NCBI GenBank assembly: GCA_963843975.1 | Contig: CAWJMG010000001.1 | Location: 1,140,001-1,172,000, forward strand | DNA: 32,000 nucleotides | Source of the DNA: an uncultured Actinomycetes bacterium | GTDB lineage: Bacteria > Actinomycetota > Actinomycetes > S36-B12 > CAIYMF01 | Reading direction: 5' to 3' | Shown here: piece after piece, positions 16,640 to 24,537 of the stretch | Layout of the letters: each line of letters starts with the position of its first letter | Position numbering within the stretch: the first letter of the stretch is position 1 | The notes under the pieces: model-generated | What the model was told of the DNA's origin: nothing | Seen by the model: the letters and a program-made list of their open reading frames with translations, nothing else | The model's database searches: none | Program-made: the position numbers and the translations under genes

Positions 16640-19372
16640 TCAGTCCTGCTCTTCCTCGCCGGAGGCACCAGGTCCGACAGGGGGTGCCTGTGCACCAGAG
16701 CCGTGGACCGAGTGCCAGATGATCGCGTCGAGCGTCGCCTGGCTGACCTGGTCGGGCGACTCCAGCGCGAGCGCCGCCGACCACTCGGCATCCGGCGACG
16801 ACGCCGTGTTGCGCTCGAGCAGGTCCACCGACGGCGTTATGGCGGTGTAGGCGCCGCCGTTCACTGCCGTCGGCGCGAACGCGTCGTACATGGGGACGGC
16901 GAGCGCGTCGCCGAGGCCGAGCGGGTCGAGACCGGCGATCAGCTCGACGGAGCGGACGACCGAGAGCAGGTCGTAGCGCGTGTGCACGACCGCGCCGAGG
17001 CGCGCGTACGGGCTGATGACCGCGACCGGGATGCGGTGCGCGTTGACGTGGTCGGCGCCGTCCTGCGAGTCGTCCTCGACGATGAAGACGGCCGACGACG
17101 ACCACACCGGAGAGTGCGAGATCGTGTCGAGGATCTGCCCGATCGCGAGGTCGCTGTCGGCCACCATCGACGTCGGCTTCGGGAAGCCGGGCTGCGTGCC
17201 GCGGGTGTGGTCGCTCGTCAGGCTGAGGTAGCTGAGCGTCGGAACCGTGTCGGTCGCCACCTGCTGGGCGAAGCGCTCGCGGAAGCAGTCGACGTGCGAG
17301 AACGAGCCTGCCGGCGCACCCTCGGGCATGCTCGAGTCGAAGATCTCCATGGCGGGGTTGTTCTCGACCAGGCCGATCCACATGTCCGACGGGTAGCAAC
17401 CCTTCGGGTTCTGCGGTGGCCCGAGGTCCGAGTGCGCCTCGACCGCCTTGATCGCCGCAGCGACCGCCGGTGTGCGGTCGCGGTCCGCCACGCCGCTGTA
17501 TCCGCCCATGAACCCTTCGCCGTAGTTGAAGTAGCTGATGCCCTGCTTCTCCGCCTGCGTGAACAGGAAGCCGTTGCCCGGCCACGACACGGCGTAGGTG
17601 CCGAAGTCGTTGGGCCGTCCGCGGCCGGCGTACTGCTGCACCCAGTTGCGTGAGACGTAGTCGGGCACGCTCGCGGCTGCGGTGAGGTAGTGGCCCTGGA
17701 TCGAGGCCTCGGAGTTGGCATAGGTGTTGTCCAGCAACGGGAAGCGCGAGACGAGCGCGTGCAGGTTGGGTGTCGTCGCTGCACCGAAGACGGTGAGCTT
17801 CGGGTCTCCATTGCCTGCCTGGATGTCGCCCAGGACCTGGTCGTAGGCACGGTTCTCGCGCACGATGAAGAACACGTGCTTGATCGGGCCGTCGGCGCGC
17901 AGCACCGTGTCGGCCGGAGCTGTGCTGGTGTTCGTCGGGACGAGCTGGGCGGCAGCGCTCGCCGTCATCGCCGCGAGCTCGGAGTCGCTCGGCAGCGCGA
18001 GGATGCCGGCCTGGCCGGTCACCATCTCGGCGCCGTACTGCGCCCCGCCGAACACGTCGGACGTCGGCGCGTTCGGCGTGAAGGCCCAGAAGATCGGGTC
18101 GTCGGGCAGCGTCGGGTTCGGCCCGTCGGGGTTCGGGCCGATGCCCATGCCCTCGGCGGCGACGTACAGCACCCGCGCGGGTGTGGTGCCGGACGATCGC
18201 GTCGTCACGACGGCCTGAGGCTGTGCGGCCGTGGGGATCCGGCCGATCACGGTCCAGTCGGTGGGCGCTGCGGTCGTGCCCGGGAGCGCGATGACCGACA
18301 GCTCGTCGCCGCCGGACTCCGCCACGATCACGCGAGTCCCGTCCGGCGACAGCGCGAGCGAGACCGGCTTGGTGCCGAGGCCTGCGGCCTGCCCGACCGA
18401 GATGGTGCGTTCGACCGCGCGGGTCTCGAGGTCGACCACCACGACCTGGTCGCTCGCCGACAGCGCGACGTACGCCGTCGTGCCCGCCTTGTCGATCACG
18501 ACGCCCTGCGGGTGGCTGAGCGGCGGGCCGACGGCGACGTCGGCGACCTTGGCACCGGCGGCGAGGTCGATCACCGACATCGTGCCGGCGGCCTCGTTGG
18601 TGACGACGCCGATGGTGCCGCCCTCGGCGATCGCGGCACCGAACGGATAGCTGCCGGTCTCGACGTACCGGACCGTCGACGACGACGTGTCGAGGTCGAC
18701 GATCGCCGCGCTGTTCGCGAGGTTGAGCGGCACGAGCAGGCGCGACCCGTCGGGAGACACGGCGAGCTTCTGCGGCCAGGCGAGCGAGGCGCCTGCGTTC
18801 CCGGCACGCGCCGGGGGATAGGCCTGGACGACGGGTGCGTCCTTCTGCGGCGGCACGGGGATGAGCCGGTCGAAGGTCGCCTCGCCGCAGGTGTCGGTCC
18901 AGCTGAAGACGAGCACGACGTCGCCGTGGACCCCCGGAAGGCCGGCCTCCGACGGGATCCAGCGCGAGAGGGGCAGGCCGGAGACGTAGGCCTTGTGGTG
19001 CGCGGAGTCGAGGACGACACCGCCTGAGGCGCCCGGCACCGGCAGCACCTGGCAGACCGTGCCGCTGGTGGTGTCGACGATGCGGACGTCGTTCGCGCCG
19101 ATGCCGGCCGAGACCGTCCAGAGCCAGCGACCGTCCGCGCTGACCGCGGCGCCCGTCGGGTAGTTGCCGAGCTCGATGAGCGAGCCCGCCGGGGTGAGCA
19201 GGCGGCCGTCTGGTTGAAGCGCGGTGGTCGCACCTGGCCCAGGTGCAGCGGTGGCGGCCGGCATGGCCGGGTCATCGCCCGGCGCGGTGCAGCCGGCGAG
19301 CGCTCCGAGCCCGAGGGCTGCGGCGGCGGCCAGCGCGATCACGCGTGCGGTGGAGTGCGTCGTGGCCTGCAT
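16640..19372 (-). CDS. Lipoprotein with an N-terminal YncE-like beta-propeller fused to a phosphoesterase (phospholipase C / acid phosphatase AcpA family) domain
   Basis: Lies inside track ORF 16640..19600(-). The ATG at 19372 (MQATTHSTARVIALAAAAALGLGALAGC, with lipobox) has GAGGAG upstream. The N-terminal half carries repeated propeller blades (SPDGSRLLV, SPDGTRVIV). The C-terminal half has IKHVFFIVRENRAYDQVLG and VEDDSQDGADHVNAHR. Confidence 0.88.
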   Translation of the reverse strand: MQATTHSTARVIALAAAAALGLGALAGCTAPGDDPAMPAATAAPGPGATTALQPDGRLLTPAGSLIELGNYPTGAAVSADGRWLWTVSAGIGANDVRIVDTTSGTVCQVLPVPGASGGVVLDSAHHKAYVSGLPLSRWIPSEAGLPGVHGDVVLVFSWTDTCGEATFDRLIPVPPQKDAPVVQAYPPARAGNAGASLAWPQKLAVSPDGSRLLVPLNLANSAAIVDLDTSSSTVRYVETGSYPFGAAIAEGGTIGVVTNEAAGTMSVIDLAAGAKVADVAVGPPLSHPQGVVIDKAGTTAYVALSASDQVVVVDLETRAVERTISVGQAAGLGTKPVSLALSPDGTRVIVAESGGDELSVIALPGTTAAPTDWTVIGRIPTAAQPQAVVTTRSSGTTPARVLYVAAEGMGIGPNPDGPNPTLPDDPIFWAFTPNAPTSDVFGGAQYGAEMVTGQAGILALPSDSELAAMTASAAAQLVPTNTSTAPADTVLRADGPIKHVFFIVRENRAYDQVLGDIQAGNGDPKLTVFGAATTPNLHALVSRFPLLDNTYANSEASIQGHYLTAAASVPDYVSRNWVQQYAGRGRPNDFGTYAVSWPGNGFLFTQAEKQGISYFNYGEGFMGGYSGVADRDRTPAVAAAIKAVEAHSDLGPPQNPKGCYPSDMWIGLVENNPAMEIFDSSMPEGAPAGSFSHVDCFRERFAQQVATDTVPTLSYLSLTSDHTRGTQPGFPKPTSMVADSDLAIGQILDTISHSPVWSSSAVFIVEDDSQDGADHVNAHRIPVAVISPYARLGAVVHTRYDLLSVVRSVELIAGLDPLGLGDALAVPMYDAFAPTAVNGGAYTAITPSVDLLERNTASSPDAEWSAALALESPDQVSQATLDAIIWHSVHGSGAQAPPVGPGASGEEEQD

Positions 19373-19585
19373 AGGGAGGAGCTCCTCACCCGCCGACAGG
19401 CGTGCCGAGCTGCTCCCTCTCAGAACGCCGTCCTGCGCGTCTGCGGCGCCCGCCAGCTGGCGGTCGCCGCAGGCAGTCAAGCACCGGCGAGCCTGACGTT
19501 GCAGATCGCGCCCACCCGTCCGCCGGGAAGGCCAGGGCTGGCCCCGAGCACCCGGCGTTCCACGAGATGGAACCCGATTGGGGAA

Positions 19586-19603
19586 TAGTTGAGTGATCAA
19601 CTA
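19586..19603. promoter_or_regulatory. Perfect AT-rich palindrome TAGTTGA-GTGA-TCAACTA (candidate operator) between the divergent phosphoesterase and DoxX genes
   Basis: Read directly. It sits ~60 bp upstream of the DoxX ATG and is the most AT-rich element of the 288-bp intergenic region. Confidence 0.4.
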
Positions 19604-19660
19604 CTGTTCAGGCGGGCAACGCGCCGCACGGCGCCCCTCACCGACCTGAAGGACATCACC

Positions 19661-20185
19661 ATGAGCACCGGTCTTCTCATCCTCCGCATCGTCATCGGCC
19701 TGCTGCTGGCAGCCCACGGCGCCCAGAAGCTGTTCGGCTGGTTCGGCGGCTACGGCATCGCCGGCACCGGCGGCTGGCTCGAGTCGATCGGCTTCAAGCC
19801 CGGCAAGGCGATGGCCGTCGTCACCGGACTCGCCGAGCTCGTGGGCGGCGTCGCCCTCGCCGTCGGCCTCCTCACCCCGCTGGCCGCCGCCGTCGTCGTC
19901 GGCACCATGACCGTCGCCGCGTGGAGCCACGCGGCCGCCGGCCTCTGGGCCTCCAACGGCGGCTACGAGCTGCCGCTGATCATCGGCACCGTCGCCGCAG
20001 CGCTCGCCTTCACCGGCGCGGGCGAGTTCTCGCTCGACAACGCCTTCGGCCTCACCTTCGGGAACGGCTACGCCGTGGCCGCCATCGCCCTGGGCCTCGT
20101 GGCCGCGGGCGTGAACATCCTGCGCGCCAAGTCCGTCGTGCGCGCCAGCGCCTCGGCTGACGAGGCTGTCGCGGTCGGCGTCTGA
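19661..20185 (+). CDS. DoxX-family membrane protein
   Basis: Lies inside track ORF 19589..20185. The ATG at 19661 has GAAGGA 8 nt upstream. The sequence MSTGLLILRIVIGLLLAAHGAQKLFGWFGGYG and four TM segments are typical of DoxX. Confidence 0.88.
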   Translation: MSTGLLILRIVIGLLLAAHGAQKLFGWFGGYGIAGTGGWLESIGFKPGKAMAVVTGLAELVGGVALAVGLLTPLAAAVVVGTMTVAAWSHAAAGLWASNGGYELPLIIGTVAAALAFTGAGEFSLDNAFGLTFGNGYAVAAIALGLVAAGVNILRAKSVVRASASADEAVAVGV

Positions 20186-20215
20186 CACCACGACGCGACG
20201 CCCACGACCCCCGAC

Positions 20216-20252
20216 TCTGTGCGGGCATCGGTGATCCCGGTGCCCGCACAGA
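20216..20252 (+). terminator. Perfect 12-bp stem-loop (tctgtgcgggca / tgcccgcacaga, 13-nt loop) after the DoxX gene
   Basis: Read directly. It starts 31 nt after the DoxX stop and is followed by tctgtctcc. Confidence 0.55.
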
Positions 20253-20362
20253 TCTGTCTCCCGAGGAGGCCGGCAGCGCCCGTCAACGGCGCCGCCTAGC
20301 GGTTGACCGCATGACGGGCCGGATGCTCCACCCGCTGCTAGGTTCGCGCCTCGGAGGCCCTC

Positions 20363-21574
20363 ATGAACCCGGTGCTCGCATTCGTCGTCGTCATGGCCGT
20401 ATGGACCGTCAGCGACTTCGTGGCCAAGAAGACCAAGTCGATGCTGTCGTCGCTGTTCGTCGCGTCGATCATCTTCCTGATCGGCTTCCTCACGAACATC
20501 TTCCCCGAGGACCTGCTGCAGGCGTCGTCGCTGCTGGCGCTCGCCGGTGTCGTGGTCGGCTTCATCATCGTGCACCTCGGCACGATGATCAGCCTCGACG
20601 ACTTCATCAAGCAGTGGAAGACGTTCCTCGTGGGCGTCGCGACGGTCCTCGGCATCGGCGTGATGCTGTACGTCGCCGCCCTCATCTTCGGGGGCCGCAT
20701 CAGCGGCTCGGCCGAGGACGGATACGCCCAGGCCCTCGACTTCGTGGCCGCAGGCACCGCCGCGCTGAGCGGCGGTGCCATCTCGGTGCTCATCATCCAG
20801 GAGGCCGCGCTCGGCGTCGGCCTCACCAGCATTGCGATCTTCCCGGTGCTGATCGCGGCCCTGCAGGGGCTCGTCGGCTTCCCGCTGACGTCGATCATCC
20901 TCAAGCGCGAGGCCACCCGGCTGAGGGGCGAGTACCGCGCCGGCAACCTGCCCGCCCCGGTGGAGGAGGAGGCCGAGGGCGCCGAGCCGAAGACGATCCT
21001 GCCGCCTGCGTTCCGCACCACCGCCGGCACGCTCTTCGTCGTCGGCGTCGCGGTGCTCATCAGCCTCGGCATCAACAACCTCACGAACGGCACGCTCAAC
21101 ACGTTCGTCGTCGCACTCGTCCTGGGCGTGGCCCTCCGGACCACCGGCGTCTTCAAGCCGTCGGTGCTCGGCGGCATCGACTCCCTCGGCCTCATGATGA
21201 TCGCGATCATGATCCTGGTCTTCGGACCGCTCGCCACCATCCAGCCGTCCGACGTCACCGAGCTCGCGTTCCCGCTGCTGCTCGCGTTCACGTTCGGGCT
21301 CGTGGGCATCGCCGGCTTCTCGGCTCTGGTCGGCAAGATCCTCGGCTACAGCATCCCGATGTCGGTCGCCATCGGCCTCACGAGCCTCTACGGCTTCCCG
21401 GGCACGATGATCCTGTCGCAGGAGGCCGCGCGCGGCGCCGGCGAGACGCCGGAGGAGGTCGCGGCGATCGAGGGCCAGATCCTGCCCAAGATGATCGTCG
21501 CCGGCTTCTCCACCGTCACGATCACGTCGGTCGTCGTCACGAGCATCATCGCCGGCCGCATCGGCGGCGGTTGA
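20363..21574 (+). CDS. Polytopic integral membrane protein, probable secondary transporter (family not recognised)
   Basis: Track ORF 20363..21574, with GGAGG 5 nt upstream. It has roughly 10-12 hydrophobic segments and a central hydrophilic loop (KREATRLRGEYRAGNLPAPVEEEAEGAEPK) that divides the protein into two similar halves. Confidence 0.8.
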   Translation: MNPVLAFVVVMAVWTVSDFVAKKTKSMLSSLFVASIIFLIGFLTNIFPEDLLQASSLLALAGVVVGFIIVHLGTMISLDDFIKQWKTFLVGVATVLGIGVMLYVAALIFGGRISGSAEDGYAQALDFVAAGTAALSGGAISVLIIQEAALGVGLTSIAIFPVLIAALQGLVGFPLTSIILKREATRLRGEYRAGNLPAPVEEEAEGAEPKTILPPAFRTTAGTLFVVGVAVLISLGINNLTNGTLNTFVVALVLGVALRTTGVFKPSVLGGIDSLGLMMIAIMILVFGPLATIQPSDVTELAFPLLLAFTFGLVGIAGFSALVGKILGYSIPMSVAIGLTSLYGFPGTMILSQEAARGAGETPEEVAAIEGQILPKMIVAGFSTVTITSVVVTSIIAGRIGGG

Positions 21575-21596
21575 CCCGCGGCGAACGTCTGGCGTC

Positions 21597-22589
21597 CTAG
21601 CCGAAGCGGTCGACGTGGAGGCGGTCGCGGCTCGCACCCTGTTCCAGCAGCACATGGTCGACCGCATCGACCATCGCCGGCGGCCCGGCGAGGTAGACGT
21701 CGCTGCCTGCGCAGTCGAGCTCTTCCAGGGGATCCGTCACACGGCCCTCGATGGCACCGATCGCACCGGGTCCGGACTCGACGACGGGGATCAACCGGCC
21801 CCGACCATGGGCGGACACCAGGTCGGTGAGCTCGCCGAGCAGTGCGAGGTCCGCCATGGTGCGAGCGCCGTACAGCACCGTGAGGTCCCGGTCGCGCGCG
21901 TGCGCGGCAGCCTCGCGAACCAGCCCGAGGATTGCCGAGATGCCTGAACCGCCGGCGATCAGGAGCAGCGGCCGCGTCGACGTGCGCAGCCACACGTCGC
22001 CGTACGGCCCCTCGAAGGTGACCTCGTCGCCTGCGGCCAGCGACGACACCCACGTGGACACCGGCCTGCCGGCGTACTGCTTGACCACGAACCGGACGTG
22101 CGACTCGTCCGGCGCGCCCGCGAACGAGTAGCACCGACGCTGGTCCTGCGGCCCGTGCACGATCGCGAACTGGCCGGGTCTGAACCCGTACGTCGCCTCC
22201 GTGTCCACGATGACGTCGTAGATCGCCGGGCCGACCTCGGTGATCGATCGCACCCGCCCGGTCACGACCCGGACCGGTCGCAGAGGATCCGGCTCGTCGG
22301 AGACGCGGAGCGGCTTGACGACCACGTCGGTGGTGGCCGACGACTGGCACAGGACGATCCGGCCACGCCGCGCGTCCCGCTCCGACAGCGAGGTGACCTC
22401 CTCGACGAGGAGCTCGACGTCGCCCGAGACGAGCGTGGCCTTGCACGTTCCGCAGCTGCCCCACCCGCACTCGAAGGGCAGCCACACCCCTGACTCGCGC
22501 GCCGCCTCCAGGAGGCGTTGGCCCGGCGCCTGCTCGAACGACGCACCCGACGGGTCGAGCGTCACTCGGCGGGCGCCGGGCGCCGTCAT
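21597..22589 (-). CDS. NADH:ferredoxin oxidoreductase of a multicomponent monooxygenase (TmoF-like; plant-type 2Fe-2S plus FNR domains)
   Basis: Lies inside track ORF 21597..22733(-). The ATG at 22589 overlaps the beta-subunit TGA (ATGA). It has the cluster motif CGWGSCGTCKA...C, the flavin motif RCYSFA and the NAD motif IAGGSGISA. Confidence 0.9.
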   Translation of the reverse strand: MTAPGARRVTLDPSGASFEQAPGQRLLEAARESGVWLPFECGWGSCGTCKATLVSGDVELLVEEVTSLSERDARRGRIVLCQSSATTDVVVKPLRVSDEPDPLRPVRVVTGRVRSITEVGPAIYDVIVDTEATYGFRPGQFAIVHGPQDQRRCYSFAGAPDESHVRFVVKQYAGRPVSTWVSSLAAGDEVTFEGPYGDVWLRTSTRPLLLIAGGSGISAILGLVREAAAHARDRDLTVLYGARTMADLALLGELTDLVSAHGRGRLIPVVESGPGAIGAIEGRVTDPLEELDCAGSDVYLAGPPAMVDAVDHVLLEQGASRDRLHVDRFG

Positions 22590-23596
22590 GCGCGCGGGCG
22601 GCCGGCAGCCTCGACGGCCGACCGGACTGCGGCCATGACGTCGGAGGCAGCCATCGGGACGGGAGCGCGCTCGAACATCGCCGCGAGCGGCTCCATGGCG
22701 GCGATCGCCCTCGGCTGCCAGTCGGCCTTCCACCCGTCGAGCAGGCCCGTCAACGACTCGTCCCGATCGGTGGCGTATGTGACGAGGGCCGAGGTCCAGT
22801 CACGGCTGCGCTCGGAGTCCGCGCGCAGGGCGATGAGCAGGTTCGACAGCAGCTCGTCGCCGTTGCGCTTGGCCAGCTCGGCGAGCTGCGCGTTGAGCAG
22901 CTCGTCGATCGCCGGCTTCACCGCGAGGTCGAGCGCGGCGAACGCCTCGCCCCAGTCGTACGTGATGAGCAGGTTCTCGACGAGCTCGCGCAGCGGCTGC
23001 CAGGCATCGCCGTCGACCCACGGCACCCGTGCGGTGTCCGTCTCGGCCAACCGGTCGCCGTGGGCGTTCGCGAGCACCTTGGTCCAGTACGCGAAACGCT
23101 GGATGCGCCGCAGCTCGTCGGCCGACTGGAAGTTCGAGCAGTTGGTGATGAACGAGCTCGGCGCCATCTGCCCGATGTAGATCGAAGTCATCTGCAGGGT
23201 GTGCAGCGGGAACCGCAGCGGGACGAACAACTCCTCCAGAGTCGCCACCCAGCCCGGGTCGAGCGCGGCGGCCGAGCCAGCAGCCTCATGCTGGTCGATC
23301 AGGTGGTCGACGTAGACCTCCTGCTTGTCCTGGCGCAGGACGTAGTCGCGGTAGGTCAGCTTGGCGGGGTCACGGAAGCCCTCCCAGTCCTCGACCATGA
23401 GCGGCGAGCCCTCGCGGTGCTTGAGGTACCAGAGGTTGAGCGGCACCTCGGGGTCGAGCTCGAAGGGCGCCGGGTCGCGACGGAAGTGGTAGTGGAACTT
23501 CGCCGTGACGACCTCGTACGGCGACGGCTTGCGGCGGACGTCGCCGAGCAGGCTCCAGGTCTTGAGCGGCTTGCGTCCGGTGTCGCTGGTCGTCAT
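22586..23596 (-). CDS. Soluble di-iron monooxygenase beta subunit (TmoE-like)
   Basis: Track ORF 22586..23596(-), 336 aa, with GGGAGGA upstream. Its position and size match TmoE, and it has the helical ferritin-like pattern without a full ligand set. Confidence 0.85.
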   Translation of the reverse strand: MTTSDTGRKPLKTWSLLGDVRRKPSPYEVVTAKFHYHFRRDPAPFELDPEVPLNLWYLKHREGSPLMVEDWEGFRDPAKLTYRDYVLRQDKQEVYVDHLIDQHEAAGSAAALDPGWVATLEELFVPLRFPLHTLQMTSIYIGQMAPSSFITNCSNFQSADELRRIQRFAYWTKVLANAHGDRLAETDTARVPWVDGDAWQPLRELVENLLITYDWGEAFAALDLAVKPAIDELLNAQLAELAKRNGDELLSNLLIALRADSERSRDWTSALVTYATDRDESLTGLLDGWKADWQPRAIAAMEPLAAMFERAPVPMAASDVMAAVRSAVEAAGRPRA

Positions 23597-23597
23597 C

Positions 23598-23910
23598 TCA
23601 GTCCTCCCTCTCGAGGTACCAGAGCGCTTCGTCCTCGGTGAGCTTCATGCGGCCCGCGAAGCCGCTGAGGCTGGGCTCGAGCTCGGAGAGCGCGAAGTCC
23701 CGGCCCAGCGCGTCCACCAGGCTGGCGTGGGTGAGGCGGCACTCCTGCGCCACGCTCACCCGGATGTAGCCGCCCCGGTCGTCCACGACGACCTCGCGCC
23801 CTGGGTTGTCCATCTCGATCGCGGTGATGACCGCGTCCGCGAGCCTCGGGGTCGAAGCCTCGGACCACCGGGCCGACGAGCTTCTCCCGGTCCACGCTGC
23901 TGTGCGTCAT
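23598..23910 (-). pseudogene. Monooxygenase effector/coupling protein (TmoD-like) interrupted by a 1-nt frameshift
   Basis: The N-terminus MTHSSVDREKLVGPVVRGFDPEA is in the frame of track ORF 23593..23961 (ATG at 23910, GAGGAC RBS). The remainder, ADAVITAIEMDNPGREVVVDDRGGYIRVSV...FAGRMKLTEDEALWYLE, is in the frame of track ORF 23598..23813. The two frames meet at about 23838-23850. As I recall it, both halves align to TmoD (VGPIIRAG...[20 protein letters not shown]...). Confidence 0.75.
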
Positions 23911-23917
23911 GGCGTCC

Positions 23918-24286
23918 TCACTCACTCTCGTTCGCGCGAAGGTAGTGACGCTGTCCGTCACGGGGGACGCCGACGAGCACCTTGTCGGCCTCGATGCGGA
24001 CCGGGAACTCGAAGAGCCGACAGCCGCTGGGATTGATGCCGTCGCCGGTCTTCAGGTCGAACTCCCACCGGTGGCCGCCGCACATGAGCGTGCCCGCGTC
24101 CTCGTCCCACTCGCCGTCGACGAGAAGGACCTCCTGGTGCGGGCACAACCCTTGGTACGCCTTGATCTGCGCACCGGGGAGGTGCACCAGCAGGACCTGG
24201 TCGTCACCCACCTCGGTGTCGTAGAGCTCGCCCTCCCAGAACTCGTCCAGGCCGACGACGGTGTGCCACTCGACGTCGGTGCTCAC
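23918..24286 (-). CDS. Rieske-type [2Fe-2S] ferredoxin (TmoC-like)
   Basis: This is the 3' part of track ORF 23918..24850(-). The GTG at 24286 overlaps the TmoB-like TGA (GTGA). Rieske motifs CPHQ...CGGHRW are present. Confidence 0.88.
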   Translation of the reverse strand: MSTDVEWHTVVGLDEFWEGELYDTEVGDDQVLLVHLPGAQIKAYQGLCPHQEVLLVDGEWDEDAGTLMCGGHRWEFDLKTGDGINPSGCRLFEFPVRIEADKVLVGVPRDGQRHYLRANESE

Positions 24287-24528
24287 GCGTACGCGACCTG
24301 GAGCACCTCGAGGGGAGCGATCCCCAGGCCGGCGAGAGTCGCGTCGTCTGCGAGGACGTTGCCGTCGTAGGTCACCTTCAGCGGGCGGTCCTGCGCGGGG
24401 ACGCGCTTGCCGACGACGTGGTGGGCGACGGCGGCCGCGACCTCGGTCATCGGCTGCTCGTCGTCGACCGGCACGAGAAGGACGACGAAGTCGCCCTCGA
24501 AGATCGCCTGGGTGGGGAACAGTGCCAT
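24283..24528 (-). CDS. Small monooxygenase subunit (TmoB-like, 81 aa)
   Basis: Track ORF 24283..24528(-), with GAGGAGG upstream. MALFPTQAIFEGDFVVLLVPVDDEQPMTEVAAAVAHHVVGKR parallels TmoB as I recall it (MSAFPVHAAFEKDFLVQLVVVDLNDSMDQVAEKVAYHCVNRR). Confidence 0.85.
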   Translation of the reverse strand: MALFPTQAIFEGDFVVLLVPVDDEQPMTEVAAAVAHHVVGKRVPAQDRPLKVTYDGNVLADDATLAGLGIAPLEVLQVAYA

Positions 24529-24537
24529 GACGCCTCC

